Below, piece by piece: positions 30,915 through 43,706 of a DNA stretch of 64,000 bases (the stretch's first letter is position 1; every line of letters begins with the position of its first letter). The notes below the pieces were generated by a model. The model saw only the letters and a list, made by a program, of their open reading frames with translations, was not told the DNA's origin and did not search any database. The stretch covers positions 576,001 to 640,000 of the forward strand of contig JBMNIF010000002.1 of the NCBI GenBank assembly GCA_050950765.1, written 5' to 3'. The position numbers were made by a program, and so were the translations under genes. Origin of the DNA: Bdellovibrionota bacterium (GTDB taxonomy: Bacteria > Bdellovibrionota_C > UBA2361 > JAAYZI01).

Positions 30915-32048
30915 GTGCGAATAATTATGGATATCTGTATTTCTAAATCGGAACTCAGCAAAGCCCTTTCTTACACTCAGAGAATTGCAGAATCAAAAAC
31001 TACTATGCCGATTCTTGTTAATGTTCTGTTATCAGCTTCAAGGAATGAGTTAAAGATCTCCGGTTCAGACTTGGAGATTACAGCAATTGCCAGAGCTGAA
31101 GCCGATGTGGCACAGGTTGGCAGTATAACAGTTAACGCTAAAAACTTTAGTGATATCGTTAGAGAGCTTCCTGATGGTATGGTTCATATTACAGTTAATG
31201 AGGCAGCTAGAGTTAAGATTACAGCCGATTCTACCGTTGTAAATATGATCGGTGTTAGCGCAGATGAATATCCGACCTTAAACGGAATTGGGATTAATGT
31301 TGTTAATAAAATAAATAGCGCGCATCTCTTAGAGATGATTTCAAAAACTATTTATGCCGTTTCTCTTGATGATACCCGTTTTAATTTAACAGGTGTCTGT
31401 TTTAAGATTGAAAAAGGTGCGAAAGGGGAAAAGTTCCTTAAAATGGCAGCAACTGATGGGCACCGCTTATCAGTGATTACAAGACCTGCAGGAGAGGTTG
31501 ATTTTGAAGGGTCTTGCATAGTGCCAAGAAAGGGATTGGGCGAGCTACGACGCATTTTAGAGACACAAACAGATGCTTTTGTAGGACTTACCATACAAGA
31601 TAACTTTTTAGTGGTAGACACTGAAAATGTTAAGATGTCTGCAAAGTTGATTGATGGTGAATTTCCTGATTACAGCCAAGTCCTTCCAAGCACAAAAGGT
31701 GTTATGGCAGTTTTAAATAGTGGTGCCCTATCACAAGCATTAAAGCGTGTCTCTCTAATGGTAAGTGAAAAAGATAAAAAGGTGCGCTTTGAGTTTTCCG
31801 AAAATTTATTAAAAATCTCAAGCTCTTCACCTGAGTTAGGTGATGCTAAAGAAGAGTTAGAGATAACTTATTCTGGAGAACCTATCTGCGTAGGATATAA
31901 TGCAAGGTATGTTTTTGATATAGCTTCTTCTCTAAAAGAGGATCAAAATATAGTGATAGAAGTGCATGGACCTATTGGACCAGGAAGATTTTACGCAGAA
32001 GGCGATGAGTCTTACATCGGAATAGTCATGCCGGTGCGTTTATCATAA
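30915..32048 (+). CDS. dnaN: DNA polymerase III beta clamp
   Basis: 'SDLEI', 'ATDGHRLS', 'LIDGEFPDY', 'VMPVRL'. Confidence 0.97.
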   Translation: MRIIMDICISKSELSKALSYTQRIAESKTTMPILVNVLLSASRNELKISGSDLEITAIARAEADVAQVGSITVNAKNFSDIVRELPDGMVHITVNEAARVKITADSTVVNMIGVSADEYPTLNGIGINVVNKINSAHLLEMISKTIYAVSLDDTRFNLTGVCFKIEKGAKGEKFLKMAATDGHRLSVITRPAGEVDFEGSCIVPRKGLGELRRILETQTDAFVGLTIQDNFLVVDTENVKMSAKLIDGEFPDYSQVLPSTKGVMAVLNSGALSQALKRVSLMVSEKDKKVRFEFSENLLKISSSSPELGDAKEELEITYSGEPICVGYNARYVFDIASSLKEDQNIVIEVHGPIGPGRFYAEGDESYIGIVMPVRLS

Positions 32049-32120
32049 AAAATTCAGCGAATAGCAGCGCTTGAAATGTAATAATCAATGTGTTGATGTT
32101 ATAAGGTGTGATGGCTGCAA

Positions 32121-33227
32121 GTGTATGTTGAAAAATTAAAATTATATAACTTTAGAAATTTTGAGGATTTTTCAGCAACATTTTCCAATAATGTCAACTT
32201 TATTATCGGTGATAATGCTCAAGGTAAGACTAATCTAATAGAAGCAATTAACGTTATTAGTACAACTAAATCATTTAGGACATCTCAAATTAAAGATCTG
32301 ATAACGTGGAATAAACACGAGATGTCTGTTTTTTTAACATTGCACGGCAATCTAGTTGACCAAGATCTCTGTTTTTCAGTGAGTAAAAAAGGTAGACAAG
32401 CTTATGTAAACGGCGAAAAATGTGCAGCAACTGATTTTATTTCACGACTTTGCTGCGTGGCTTTTTCACCAACAGATTTAACTTTAATAAAAGGCTCTCC
32501 TGAAGAACGGCGTAAGTTTATTGATAGGCATATCGTTGATATCTGGGGTTATTTAATAAAAGATATGCTTGAATATAATCGTGCTCTTAAAAGTAAAAAT
32601 GCAATTTTAAAAACTCCACATCCAACACCCGCTATGATCTCAGTTTGGAATGAGATTATGGCGCGTACGGCGGTTAATATTATCAATGCTAGACGTACTT
32701 TTTTATTACGTTTGGAAAAAAATGCTAATCTTGTACACGCTCTCTTTGGTGCAAATGATGGTAGATTATCATTAAGATTAAAAACAAATTTTGGAAGTGA
32801 TGATAAGGAAGTAACACAAGAAGAAATTTTAAAAAAATTAAATGATAACATCAGTAGAGAACTTGCCTTACAAACAAGTTTAATAGGTCCGCACCGCGAT
32901 GATGTTATTATTAAACTTAACGAACACGATGCTAAAGCTTTTGCTTCGCAAGGGCAGACCCGTAGTGTAGTGCTTTCTTTAAAACTAGGGGTGATTGCAC
33001 TCCTTGAAAGTGAAAGAAAAGACCCACCGGTGCTACTACTTGATGATGTTGATTCAGAGCTTGATGAAAAAAGGCGTGAAGCTTTTTTTGATTTTATCTT
33101 ATCAAGTCCGAGACAGGTTTTTATTACAGGAACAGATGCCGAAATAGTAAAAAGATGTCGTAATGCACAGTGTCAAACGATGTATTTTAAAAACGGTAAG
33201 TTGATTACCGACTCTTGTCTTAAGTGA
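32121..33227 (+). CDS. recF: DNA replication/repair protein RecF
   Basis: 'GDNAQGKTN', 'GPHRDD', 'ASQGQ', 'LLLDDVDSELD'. Confidence 0.96.
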   Translation: MYVEKLKLYNFRNFEDFSATFSNNVNFIIGDNAQGKTNLIEAINVISTTKSFRTSQIKDLITWNKHEMSVFLTLHGNLVDQDLCFSVSKKGRQAYVNGEKCAATDFISRLCCVAFSPTDLTLIKGSPEERRKFIDRHIVDIWGYLIKDMLEYNRALKSKNAILKTPHPTPAMISVWNEIMARTAVNIINARRTFLLRLEKNANLVHALFGANDGRLSLRLKTNFGSDDKEVTQEEILKKLNDNISRELALQTSLIGPHRDDVIIKLNEHDAKAFASQGQTRSVVLSLKLGVIALLESERKDPPVLLLDDVDSELDEKRREAFFDFILSSPRQVFITGTDAEIVKRCRNAQCQTMYFKNGKLITDSCLK

Positions 33228-33298
33228 GTAAAGATAGAAGTGTTGATTTTAGGGTAAGAAAAAAATTTTATTTTAACAGCACAAAACAAAACTTCTTA

Positions 33299-34039
33299 TT
33301 ACTCTTGTTTAGAAGTTACTCGTGCTAAGTGATTAAATACGGAAAGTAAGATCCCAAGCTCTCTTTCATCAGGCTGCATGCGTCGAATTAAATTACTCAA
33401 AATACGTTTTACGGCAGGAGAAGAGCTTTTGTGATAAAAACCAGAATTATTTAAAAGTTCGTCTATAAAATTATCTAAATATTTTAGCCCTTCTGCTGTG
33501 GCGGGTTTCTGACCTTTTACAACGACGTGACGTTCAGTGCTAAGTGTGCTTCTGTAAATTTCAAAAAGTGCTAATAAAACACCTTGTGCAAGGTTATAAG
33601 AGGGGTTCTCTTTAGAAGCTGGTATTTTAACTAAAGCACGACAACGGGTAAGGTGTTCGTTACGTAACCCCGTTCTTTCATTGCCAAAAAGAAGCGCAAT
33701 GCGTGAACCTTCAGGTATAACTTTAAAAGTCTCACTCCACGCCGTTAGAAAAAACTGCTCTCTCCTATTTCTACTCTCTCTAGCAGAAAAACCGATAACA
33801 TCTGTCATCTCTTGTAATGCTTGATCTAATGTTTGATAGATTTTGGTATCATTTAAAAGATGAGCTGCCCAACAGGCACTCCAAGCTGCTTTTTCAGGAT
33901 CATAATTTAGAGGCGACACTAAGTGTAGGTGCTTAAAGCCGCAATTTAACATGGCACGCGCTACACAACCGATATTAATACTATCTTCTGGTTCAACTAA
34001 AACAATATGAAAAAAATCTTGAACAGCAACTGCTGACAT
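33299..34039 (-). CDS. trmJ: TrmJ/LasT-family SPOUT RNA methyltransferase
   Basis: 'IVLVEP...NIGCVARAM', 'LFGNERTGL', 'SYNLAQ'. Confidence 0.8.
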   Translation of the reverse strand: MSAVAVQDFFHIVLVEPEDSINIGCVARAMLNCGFKHLHLVSPLNYDPEKAAWSACWAAHLLNDTKIYQTLDQALQEMTDVIGFSARESRNRREQFFLTAWSETFKVIPEGSRIALLFGNERTGLRNEHLTRCRALVKIPASKENPSYNLAQGVLLALFEIYRSTLSTERHVVVKGQKPATAEGLKYLDNFIDELLNNSGFYHKSSSPAVKRILSNLIRRMQPDERELGILLSVFNHLARVTSKQE

Positions 34040-34048
34040 TTTAAAACT

Positions 34049-34459
34049 TTACATCTTTGTTATCTGTTGTAGCGCATTAACGTATAATAACCGTTTTTTT
34101 GCTGCAAAGATCTTTGAATCATCAAAGGAGCCTTTTGCAATAATAGATTCCAGCTCTTTTTTTTCAATAATAAAATCTATGTCACAGGTATCAGGTAAGT
34201 CAGCAAGATCTGCTACAACAGTTAAGCAATTATCGTCAAAAGCACAAACTCCTTCAGAAACAGCAACTCCGGAGATTTTATTTGATGGGTGTAAAGCATA
34301 CTCTAAAACCCCCGTACCTAGCACGCCGATATAACGGGTGTGTTGTGGTAAAATACCGATCTGCCCTTCTTTTGAAGGTAATGTGACACCACTGCTGAAT
34401 TTTTCGAGCAACAGACCATTTGGTGTAAATATCTTTATTAGAAAGTTGTCTGTCGACAT
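34049..34459 (-). CDS. atpC: ATP synthase F1 epsilon
   Basis: 'IFTPNG', 'GQIGILPQH'; position after atpD. Confidence 0.88.
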   Translation of the reverse strand: MSTDNFLIKIFTPNGLLLEKFSSGVTLPSKEGQIGILPQHTRYIGVLGTGVLEYALHPSNKISGVAVSEGVCAFDDNCLTVVADLADLPDTCDIDFIIEKKELESIIAKGSFDDSKIFAAKKRLLYVNALQQITKM

Positions 34460-34577
34460 ATCTTTACCCTTTGTTGCAATGAGCAGGAATAAAAGCGTTA
34501 TTTAATATTTCTAGTTAAAAGTATCTTAGAGGTGGAGGCTTGTTTTTAAAGAACCCCACACCTCCTTTTACAGAGCA

Positions 34578-36038
<1,461 letters not shown>

Positions 36039-36056
36039 TTATAAAAAACTCCCGTG

Positions 36057-36935
36057 CTATTTCTTTACAGAAGACCCGCCAATAATATCTAAGATATCAT
36101 TAGTGATACTGCTCTGACGTAGCTTGTTATGTGTAATCACTAGCGAATCAATAAGCTCTCCAGCGTTATGAGTTGCAGAATCCATCGCTGTCATACGACT
36201 ACCCTGCTCACTAGCTTTCGCTTCTAAGCACACTAATAATAATTTAGCTTGTGCATACCTCGGCATCAAAGTAGCAACAACCTCTTCTGCAGATGGCTCG
36301 TAAAGAATTTTATTGTTAGCTCGATCGGATATGTTATGAAAATCAGTAGAGAACGGTAAGAGCTTTTCTATCGAAGGAGTGACAGACATAGCTGATTGAA
36401 AGCGGGTGAATAAAACTGTTACTTCATCAATCTCTTGATTGATGAAAGCACTTTCTGCACTGTCATATATTTCGGAAAGAGGCCACTCTTCAACATTATC
36501 AGAGAGGTCTTCATAGTCTGAAATATAATTATACCCTTTACGTTTGCAATATTCAGCAGGTTTTGTACCGATTACTACGATCTCAATTTCAACACCTTTT
36601 TGATACCGTGTTAAAGCTTTATCAAGCAAGCGATTTAAATTGGAATTGTAAGCACCGCACAAACCACGCCTTCCACCTATTACGATTAAACGCACACGAC
36701 GGATCTCTTGACGTGCTTTCATAATAGGGTGCGGGAGCGTAGCTGCTTCCTGTGTTCGTTCCACGATAATACGTTGCAGTAGTGATTCAAGAGCAGTTGC
36801 GTATTCACGCGTTTGCAACAAAGCATCTTGAACTTTACGCAACTTTGCAGCTGACACTAGTTTCATGGCGTAAGTAATCTTTTCAGTATTCTTTACCGAT
36901 CTTATTCTACGTTTTATCTCTTTCAATCCTGCCAT
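36057..36935 (-). CDS. atpG: ATP synthase F1 gamma
   Basis: 'KITYAMKLVSAAK', 'RGLCGAYN', 'RMTAMDSATHNA'. Confidence 0.96.
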   Translation of the reverse strand: MAGLKEIKRRIRSVKNTEKITYAMKLVSAAKLRKVQDALLQTREYATALESLLQRIIVERTQEAATLPHPIMKARQEIRRVRLIVIGGRRGLCGAYNSNLNRLLDKALTRYQKGVEIEIVVIGTKPAEYCKRKGYNYISDYEDLSDNVEEWPLSEIYDSAESAFINQEIDEVTVLFTRFQSAMSVTPSIEKLLPFSTDFHNISDRANNKILYEPSAEEVVATLMPRYAQAKLLLVCLEAKASEQGSRMTAMDSATHNAGELIDSLVITHNKLRQSSITNDILDIIGGSSVKK

Positions 36936-36980
36936 ATCTTCTCGCTTTAGGTATTAACTTTACTTTAATATCCTCCGATA

Positions 36981-38558
36981 TTAGGCGACTGCAGATTCTG
37001 CATCATCTGAAAGATCGCTATACTGTGTCTCAACACCTTCTACCTGAAGCCCTTGAGAAAACTCCGCTGCAAAGTCTTTAATAGCAGCAAGGAGGGTGTT
37101 TTCCATATCGTTATCCATCTCACCTGTTTCGTGTAGCTTCTCTAAAAGTTCAGTATGAGTTTCCGTTAAGTGAGCGTGTAGAGCAGCTTCAAAAGGAAGA
37201 ACTTCATTAACAGGTAAGGTATCAGTAGCACCACTATTTACAGCCAAAATAGAAACGATCTGTAATTCAACTGGCATCGGTTGATATTGTCCCTGTTTTA
37301 AAATTTCAACCAAGCGTTCGCCGCGAGCAAGTTGAGCTTGTGTGGCAGCGTCTAGATCAGAACCGAACTGTGCGAAAGCCTGCATTTCACGATACTGCGC
37401 TAAGCTGATACGTAATGTTCCAGCTATCTTTTTCATAGCTTTAACTTGTGCTGCACCACCTACACGAGAAACGGAAAGTCCGACGTTAACAGCAGGACGT
37501 ATACCGGAATAGAAGAGGTCTGATTCAAGATAGATCTGCCCATCAGTGATGGAGATAACATTCGTCGGAATATATGCAGAAACATCACCTTCTTGTGTTT
37601 CAATAATAGGCAGAGCCGTTAAAGACCCACCACCGTTTTTACTATCGAGTTTAGCAGCACGCTCCAATAATCTGGAATGCAGATAGAAGACGTCACCAGG
37701 ATACGCTTCACGACCTGGTGGGCGGCGTAGTAGTAACGACATTGAACGGTAAGCTTGAGCATGTTTTGAAAGATCATCAAATACGATCAGAGCGTGACCG
37801 CCAGATTCCATAAAGTATTCACCGACAGAGCATCCTGTAAAAGCTGCTAAGTAATTTAACGGTGCTGCCTCAGATGCCGTAGCTGCTACCACTATGGTAT
37901 GCTTCATCGCATCGTGCTCCTTTAATTTTTCAATTACTTGAGCCACAGAAGAACGTTTCTGAGCGATAGCAACATAAATACAGATCACACCGGTATCTTT
38001 TTGATTTATAATTGTATCAATAGCTACCGCTGTTTTTCCTGTTTTACGGTCTCCGATAATTAACTCACGTTGTCCACGTCCAATTGGAGTCATGGCATCA
38101 ATAGCTTTTAAACCCGTTTGCAAAGGTTCATGCACAGACTGTCTTCTAACAATACCTGGGGCTTTAATATCCAGCCTTCTTGTTTCTTGTGTATGAATAG
38201 GACCTAAGCCATCAACTGGATTGCCAAGTGCATCAATAACACGACCTATTAAAGCTTTACCCACAGGAACATCAGCGATACGTCCTGTTCTCTTAACGGA
38301 ATCTCCCTCTTTAACTTTTGCGGTATTGCCCATAACAACAGCACCGACGTTATCTTCTTCTAGGTTCAGAGCGATCCCTTTAACGCCACTTGAAAACTCC
38401 ACTAATTCACCAGCAGCGACGTTACGTAAACCGTGCACACGTGCCACTCCGTCACCTATATAAATTACAGAGCCTGTTTCGCTCATATCGGTAATAGCAG
38501 AAAACTTACCGATTTTTTCTTTTAATAACCTACTAATCTCTTCAGCTTTATTTGTCAT
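36981..38558 (-). CDS. atpA: ATP synthase F1 alpha
   Basis: 'GDRKTGKT', '[22 protein letters not shown]'. Confidence 0.98.
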   Translation of the reverse strand: MTNKAEEISRLLKEKIGKFSAITDMSETGSVIYIGDGVARVHGLRNVAAGELVEFSSGVKGIALNLEEDNVGAVVMGNTAKVKEGDSVKRTGRIADVPVGKALIGRVIDALGNPVDGLGPIHTQETRRLDIKAPGIVRRQSVHEPLQTGLKAIDAMTPIGRGQRELIIGDRKTGKTAVAIDTIINQKDTGVICIYVAIAQKRSSVAQVIEKLKEHDAMKHTIVVAATASEAAPLNYLAAFTGCSVGEYFMESGGHALIVFDDLSKHAQAYRSMSLLLRRPPGREAYPGDVFYLHSRLLERAAKLDSKNGGGSLTALPIIETQEGDVSAYIPTNVISITDGQIYLESDLFYSGIRPAVNVGLSVSRVGGAAQVKAMKKIAGTLRISLAQYREMQAFAQFGSDLDAATQAQLARGERLVEILKQGQYQPMPVELQIVSILAVNSGATDTLPVNEVLPFEAALHAHLTETHTELLEKLHETGEMDNDMENTLLAAIKDFAAEFSQGLQVEGVETQYSDLSDDAESAVA

Positions 38559-38690
38559 AATTTAAACCCTTAATGTCGTATTACATAATGTCATATCAAA
38601 ACTTTGTTTCGGACAAAGTGTACAACATACCAAAAACAAAATTCAGAGTATCGTTTTTTACATGAGACTTTACTCTTTAAACTCCTTAAT

Positions 38691-39236
38691 TTATGCCAAT
38701 AAATCGTGTTTAATCCTCTCCAAAGCACCACTAAGTGAATTATCAATTACAGTGTCACCTATCTTAACAACTAAACCGCCGATCAGGTCTTGATCTACTT
38801 GCCATGTAATTTCAAGCTCTGTTGATAAAGCGTGTTCCATAGCGAGCTTTAATTCAGCACGCTCTTCTTCAAGAAGGGGAAAAGCTGAGGTTACACTTAT
38901 AGCTAAAATTCCTTGTGACTTCTGAAGTAGTGCCGTGTAATGCGCTACGATATTTTTTAGCCCTGCAAGACGTCTGTTTGCAGCGATCTCCATGATGAAG
39001 TCCATCATGACCTGATCTCCAGGACAAAACTGCTGCATGGTGTCACAAAGAAGTTTGTTGCGTTCCCATTCTGGGAAAAGAGGGTTTTCAACTAATTGCC
39101 GCATCTCTGGAACGTTATCTAAAATCTTAAGCCAACTTTTTAAAACATCCCTACGCCACTCCCGATCTGGAGCAGCGCTCAATTCAAAAAGCGCTTCGGC
39201 ATATTTACGTTCTACTTTTTCTGATCTACGTGACAT
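38691..39236 (-). CDS. atpH: ATP synthase F1 delta
   Basis: 'RKYAEALF', 'LIGGLVVKIGDTVIDNS'; start at MSRRSEK. Confidence 0.9.
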   Translation of the reverse strand: MSRRSEKVERKYAEALFELSAAPDREWRRDVLKSWLKILDNVPEMRQLVENPLFPEWERNKLLCDTMQQFCPGDQVMMDFIMEIAANRRLAGLKNIVAHYTALLQKSQGILAISVTSAFPLLEEERAELKLAMEHALSTELEITWQVDQDLIGGLVVKIGDTVIDNSLSGALERIKHDLLA

Positions 39237-39240
39237 AAAT

Positions 39241-39834
39241 TTAATTCCCAAAACTTTTAGCAGAGTGTTCAGCTTTCCAAAGGCGTAACATATCAACTGT
39301 TGCAAAACGTCTGACCTTATCACTTGCGTAAGAGTTGTCTAACTTTAAACGATTTGCTGTTTGCTTGATAATGTTTTCTACCAATTCATTTTTAACACCT
39401 TTTTCTGAAGTGGCGCGCTCCAATTCAGCGTGATTTTTCGCTTGATTGATAAGAGCATTAGCTTTGTTTTGTGCTGCCTGTAAAAGCCTAGCACTTTCTA
39501 CTTCTGTTTCCTGTTTAATTTTCTCAATAACATCTGCGATGGCTTGATCTAAATTATCAATATTTGTACGAGCAAGCATTAAACGTTCTTCTGCATTTAA
39601 AAGAGCTGTGTTGGCATCCGCAATCCCTTTTTCTACGGAATCGCCACGCGTTTTCCAAGAAGTTTTTATCGGATTTCCTGCAAAGAAATTAATAAAAAGT
39701 ATAATTGCGATAAAAATAAGGAGATCGATACTTTGCCAGATCAGGAGATAATACGGAGAGTGTTCTGCCTCTGAAGCAAAAGCTGAAAGGGGTATAAGCA
39801 AAATTAAAATAAGTGCTATTCTGAGATGTTTCAT
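39241..39834 (-). CDS. atpF: ATP synthase F0 subunit b
   Basis: TM helix plus charged coiled coil, directly upstream of atpH. Confidence 0.75.
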   Translation of the reverse strand: MKHLRIALILILLIPLSAFASEAEHSPYYLLIWQSIDLLIFIAIILFINFFAGNPIKTSWKTRGDSVEKGIADANTALLNAEERLMLARTNIDNLDQAIADVIEKIKQETEVESARLLQAAQNKANALINQAKNHAELERATSEKGVKNELVENIIKQTANRLKLDNSYASDKVRRFATVDMLRLWKAEHSAKSFGN

Positions 39835-40421
39835 CTAATGACCTCTTCAAGCGGTTCTTTCGATTGTAAAGTGTAAAGTAGAGCATCTGTTAGCTCTGCG
39901 TTGGTATGGGTTAGTTGTTGCTTTAACATGGCAGCATCATTTTTAATCTGATTACGTGCTGTAACTAAATTCTGTTCGGCACTAACTTGAGCTTGATTGA
40001 CAAGCTCTAAAGCTTGTTCTTCAACACGTGCTAACTCCTGCATCTTTTCTTTAACTGCTTCAATCTTGGTAGTAGTGATTGAGTTTTGAAATTCTTTTTC
40101 TAAAGCTAACGCTTCTGATTGTAACTTTTCTGATTTTTCAGTAACGCCAATAGTTACCGCTTCACGTTCTTCAAGTAGACTCATAAAAGGATCAAATAGG
40201 ATCTCCTTCATCTCTAACCAGAAGACGATGAAGAGTGCAGACCCGCAAGGAATCAACATAAGTTCCAGAGGAGTTAATTGAAAAATATCCTCTGCGAATT
40301 TTAAAAACTGCTCTGTATTGATGTAGACAATATAAACAGCATAAGCTGCCAGCGCCAGTAAGATCACGCCCACTACGGAATCTGCGAGACCGCTCTTCTT
40401 GCTATTAACATTATGACTCAT
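39831..40421 (-). CDS. ATP synthase F0 subunit b'
   Basis: 'ILFDPFMSLLEERE' b-subunit motif plus coiled coil; overlaps the atpF start. Confidence 0.75.
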   Translation of the reverse strand: MSHNVNSKKSGLADSVVGVILLALAAYAVYIVYINTEQFLKFAEDIFQLTPLELMLIPCGSALFIVFWLEMKEILFDPFMSLLEEREAVTIGVTEKSEKLQSEALALEKEFQNSITTTKIEAVKEKMQELARVEEQALELVNQAQVSAEQNLVTARNQIKNDAAMLKQQLTHTNAELTDALLYTLQSKEPLEEVIR

Positions 40422-40447
40422 AACAAAATGTTACTCATGCAAGCCAT

Positions 40448-40903
40448 TCAACACTTCTCTTTTGAACTTCCCTGTGTTGTTGAATGCTCCATGTAGCAAC
40501 CCCCTTGAAAAACTACACCTTCATCCATACTTAAAAGCGGTGTTCTGATGTTTCCTATAACCTGTGCGGGATGTTTAAGTGATAAACGTTTTGTTACTTC
40601 AATATCACCTTTTACATACCCCATAACGGTAACATCTTGCCCCGTTATTTTTGCTTTTAGGGTTGCTGATTTTCCGACAATTAATACACCTTCTGATACA
40701 ACCTCACCGTCGATATCACCATCAACCTCTGCGACACCCTCGAAGTATATCTGTCCGACCGCTTTAGAGCCCTTTCCAAAAACAGAATTGGAAGAAGTTG
40801 CTCCCGATTGAGTCTTTACGAAATCACGCATCTTTGATGTTTCATTTGTTGCGGGAGATGTCTCGGCATCACCTTTAAACTCTTTGAATTTACCAAAAGA
40901 CAT
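40448..40903 (-). CDS. Bactofilin (polymer-forming cytoskeletal protein)
   Basis: 'VDGDIDGEV', 'V.GYVKGDI', 'MDEGVVFQGGCYM' beta-helix pattern. Confidence 0.88.
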   Translation of the reverse strand: MSFGKFKEFKGDAETSPATNETSKMRDFVKTQSGATSSNSVFGKGSKAVGQIYFEGVAEVDGDIDGEVVSEGVLIVGKSATLKAKITGQDVTVMGYVKGDIEVTKRLSLKHPAQVIGNIRTPLLSMDEGVVFQGGCYMEHSTTQGSSKEKC

Positions 40904-41104
40904 GATTCGTATATTCCAAAAACAGATACAACAATCTCAAGACAGCAATAGAGATTATGCAATACTTTTTGCACTGCCAAAACTAACGTTTATACATGAC
41001 CTCTGTCAAACATGATTTTCAATATCTAGTCATATTAGAACTGCTTTATAAAGTTTTTGGTGCTGGAAAAAAGGAGGGGGATAGGTACGAGGTTTTATTA
41101 AGTG

Positions 41105-41535
41105 GGTGGCTTTCTGATTTTTTACCTCTTTAGTCTAAGTGGCAGAGCTTTTTTGTGACTAGTTTTTTACCTTTTTGGTTTAAGCGGTAGAGCGTTATTT
41201 GAGAGCGATTTTTCACCTAATGTTACGGTTCTGAATTAAAGTACAGGTCGTTTTTTACTAATACTGAAATTTGGCGTTTTTTCTGATTATAAGAAGGTAG
41301 ATAGGTTAATTTTAAACTTTATGGGCAACTCTTTTTCCTAGCTTTTTTGCCAACCTTACAGAAACGGCTTAATGTTAAGCTTTATAATTGATGTTTTTTC
41401 CTAGCTTTTTCTGATTGAGAGAAGATAGCTCAACTTTAAACTTTATGGATAACACTTTTTTCCTAGTTCTTTCTGATTGTAAGAAGGTAGCTTAACTTTA
41501 AACTTTATGGACGACACTTTATTTCCCTAGCTTTT
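41105..41535. repeat. Two nested degenerate repeat families (~46 bp x3; ~62 bp x3)
   Basis: TTTT(T/C)ACCT units near 41118-41218; TAAACTTTATGG...TTCCTAG units at 41313, 41437, 41499. Confidence 0.7.
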
Positions 41536-41642
41536 TGCGCCCTGCCCTACCCCCCACCGTTTTTTACGAGGGTAAGAAAAAATAACGTAGGGATAAGGTA
41601 AAATCAGCCGCTGATTAGTTATCCAAGTATAAAAACTAAGCC

Positions 41643-41805
41643 GCTACTTCAATTGTAATATCGTTACAGGTAAAAAGATCTAGTTGCTATCCCAACTACA
41701 ACACCGTTACAGGTAAAAGACCCTAGCTGTTATCCCAATTACAACACCGTTACAGGTAAAAGACTTAGCTACTACTTCAGCTACAACACCGTTACAGGTA
41801 AAAAG
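41643..41805. repeat. 42-43-bp tandem repeat, 4 copies, abutting the parB stop
   Basis: CGTTACAGGTAAAA at 41662, 41705, 41748, 41790. Confidence 0.9.
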
Positions 41806-41807
41806 GG

Positions 41808-42782
41808 TTAGTCTAAACATAAAAGATCTACTAGTCGCTCCAACTCCTCCTCTGAAAAGTAAGAGATTTCGATCTTCCCCTTCCCTGTTTTATGGTGTGA
41901 GATCATAACTTTTGTACCGAGGGCTTTTCTTAAGCGGTCTGTGATCTCGGGGAAGCTAGATTGTTTTATCTTTTTATGAGAATCGCGCCTATCCTTACCG
42001 AGAACGATAACACGAGAGACGATCTCTTCCAGTTTTCTAACGGAGAGGTTCTCTTCAACAACTTTTTTAGCGAGGTTTCTCTGAACGGAGGGTTCTTTTA
42101 CCGCTAAAATGGCCTTAGCGTGTCCAAGTGTTAGCTTGTCATCAGTGATAAGTTGGATAACTTCATCAGGAAGTTTTAAGATACGCATCATATTTGTAAT
42201 GCTTGAACGATCTTTTCCAACACGATCGGCGATCTCTTGTTGCGTTAAACTATATCTATCTGCTAAGTGCTGATAAGCACGAGCTTCTTCAACAGGATTC
42301 AGATCGTCTCTCTGAACATTTTCAATGATAGAGAGTTCGTAGCTCTCTTCATCCGATAAATCTTTAATAATTACAGGTAGTTGCTTAAGACCAGCCCTAT
42401 CTGCTGCCCGCCAGCGTCTCTCTCCCGCCACTATCTGATACTTACCATCTGCTAGCGGACGAACTATAATCGGCTGCAAAACTCCGTGTCTGGTGATGGA
42501 AGCCGCCAACTCTGCTAACTCTGATTCTTTAAAATCTTGTCTCGGTTGCGCGGCATTGTTTTCAACCTTACTGATATCAACGAAAGTTAATCCTTCCGGT
42601 AACGGTTTCTTTTCAGGTGTTAGGTCTTCGTCGTTTAAAGCGACTGAATCTGAAAAGGTGCTTTCTAATTGTGGTGTATATACAGCAGTAGAGCCTGCTA
42701 TCGTTACAGCCGGTGTTGAAATAAGAGAGCTTAAGCCCCTACCCAAAGCTTTGCGAACTGGTTTCTTTTTTGTCTTGTCCAT
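41808..42782 (-). CDS. parB: ParB/Spo0J partition protein
   Basis: 'ALGRGLSSLI', 'IVAGERRWRAA', 'IENVQRDDLNPVEEA', HTH. Confidence 0.97.
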   Translation of the reverse strand: MDKTKKKPVRKALGRGLSSLISTPAVTIAGSTAVYTPQLESTFSDSVALNDEDLTPEKKPLPEGLTFVDISKVENNAAQPRQDFKESELAELAASITRHGVLQPIIVRPLADGKYQIVAGERRWRAADRAGLKQLPVIIKDLSDEESYELSIIENVQRDDLNPVEEARAYQHLADRYSLTQQEIADRVGKDRSSITNMMRILKLPDEVIQLITDDKLTLGHAKAILAVKEPSVQRNLAKKVVEENLSVRKLEEIVSRVIVLGKDRRDSHKKIKQSSFPEITDRLRKALGTKVMISHHKTGKGKIEISYFSEEELERLVDLLCLD

Positions 42783-42828
42783 GCCGTATTCTCCTTTAAA
42801 TTCAATAAGATCAATCCTCTTGAGGAAG

Positions 42829-43629
42829 TTATTCGTTAGCTGCTTCTTGCTTTATGTTGGTAATGTTAAAGCAACGTTGATCCAACTCTTCTGCAATGCT
42901 GCGATACGCCTTTGCGCCTGGTGAGTTCGGTGAATAGAGAGAGATGGGGAGCCCGTGGCTCGGGCACTCGGCTAGACGAATGTTGCGTGGCACCCTCTCT
43001 TTAAACATCAGGTCTTTAAAATAAGAAAACGCCTCTTCTTCAACCTGCGCTGAAAGGTTCGTTCTGATATCATACATAGTCAGAAAGACCCCAAGTAGAT
43101 TTAAGTGCGGATTGAATGTTTGTCTAACAAATTCAATAGTTTCCAAGAGTGCAGAGAGACCTTCTAAGGCATAGTATTCGGCTTGTAACGGAATAATAAT
43201 ATGCCCAGCAGCGCCCATCGCATTTAAAGTTAAAAGTCCTGAAGAGGGGGGACAGTCTATAATAATATAGTCAAAATGCTCACGCAAAAGCCGTGTTTGG
43301 GTGCGTAAAATCAATTCACGTCCAGGTGTTTTCCCCAACTCTATCTCAATAGCTACTAAATCTTTTGAAGCGGGCGCTATCGAAAGGTTTTCAATAGCGG
43401 TCTTCTTGATAATGTCGTTAAGGGAGATCTTATCAAAAAACATATCATAGATATCGGATCCCTCTTCGTTAATAGAGATTCCGAGACCGCTGGTAGCACT
43501 ACCTTGAGGGTCAAAGTCTACTAAAAGAACCTTTTTCCCAAGTATGGCTAATTCTGCAGAAAGATTGACGGCGCTGGTCGTTTTTCCAACACCACCCTTT
43601 TGATTTGAAATTGCAATAATATGAGTCAT
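42829..43629 (-). CDS. parA: ParA/Soj ATPase
   Basis: 'NQKGGVGKTT', 'DFDPQG', 'IDCPPS', 'QAEYYALEG'. Confidence 0.97.
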   Translation of the reverse strand: MTHIIAISNQKGGVGKTTSAVNLSAELAILGKKVLLVDFDPQGSATSGLGISINEEGSDIYDMFFDKISLNDIIKKTAIENLSIAPASKDLVAIEIELGKTPGRELILRTQTRLLREHFDYIIIDCPPSSGLLTLNAMGAAGHIIIPLQAEYYALEGLSALLETIEFVRQTFNPHLNLLGVFLTMYDIRTNLSAQVEEEAFSYFKDLMFKERVPRNIRLAECPSHGLPISLYSPNSPGAKAYRSIAEELDQRCFNITNIKQEAANE

Positions 43630-43706
43630 AACGCCCCTCCCCTATGGAATGAATAAACAAATAACACACGTCGCCGCCGTTTCTCAATCTAAATCAAGAA
43701 AATAAA

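Noticed and set aside
41311..41323. TTTAAACTTTATG shared between the 41.3-kb repeats and the cassette leader
   Set aside because: Short AT-rich match without flanking similarity; plausibly chance
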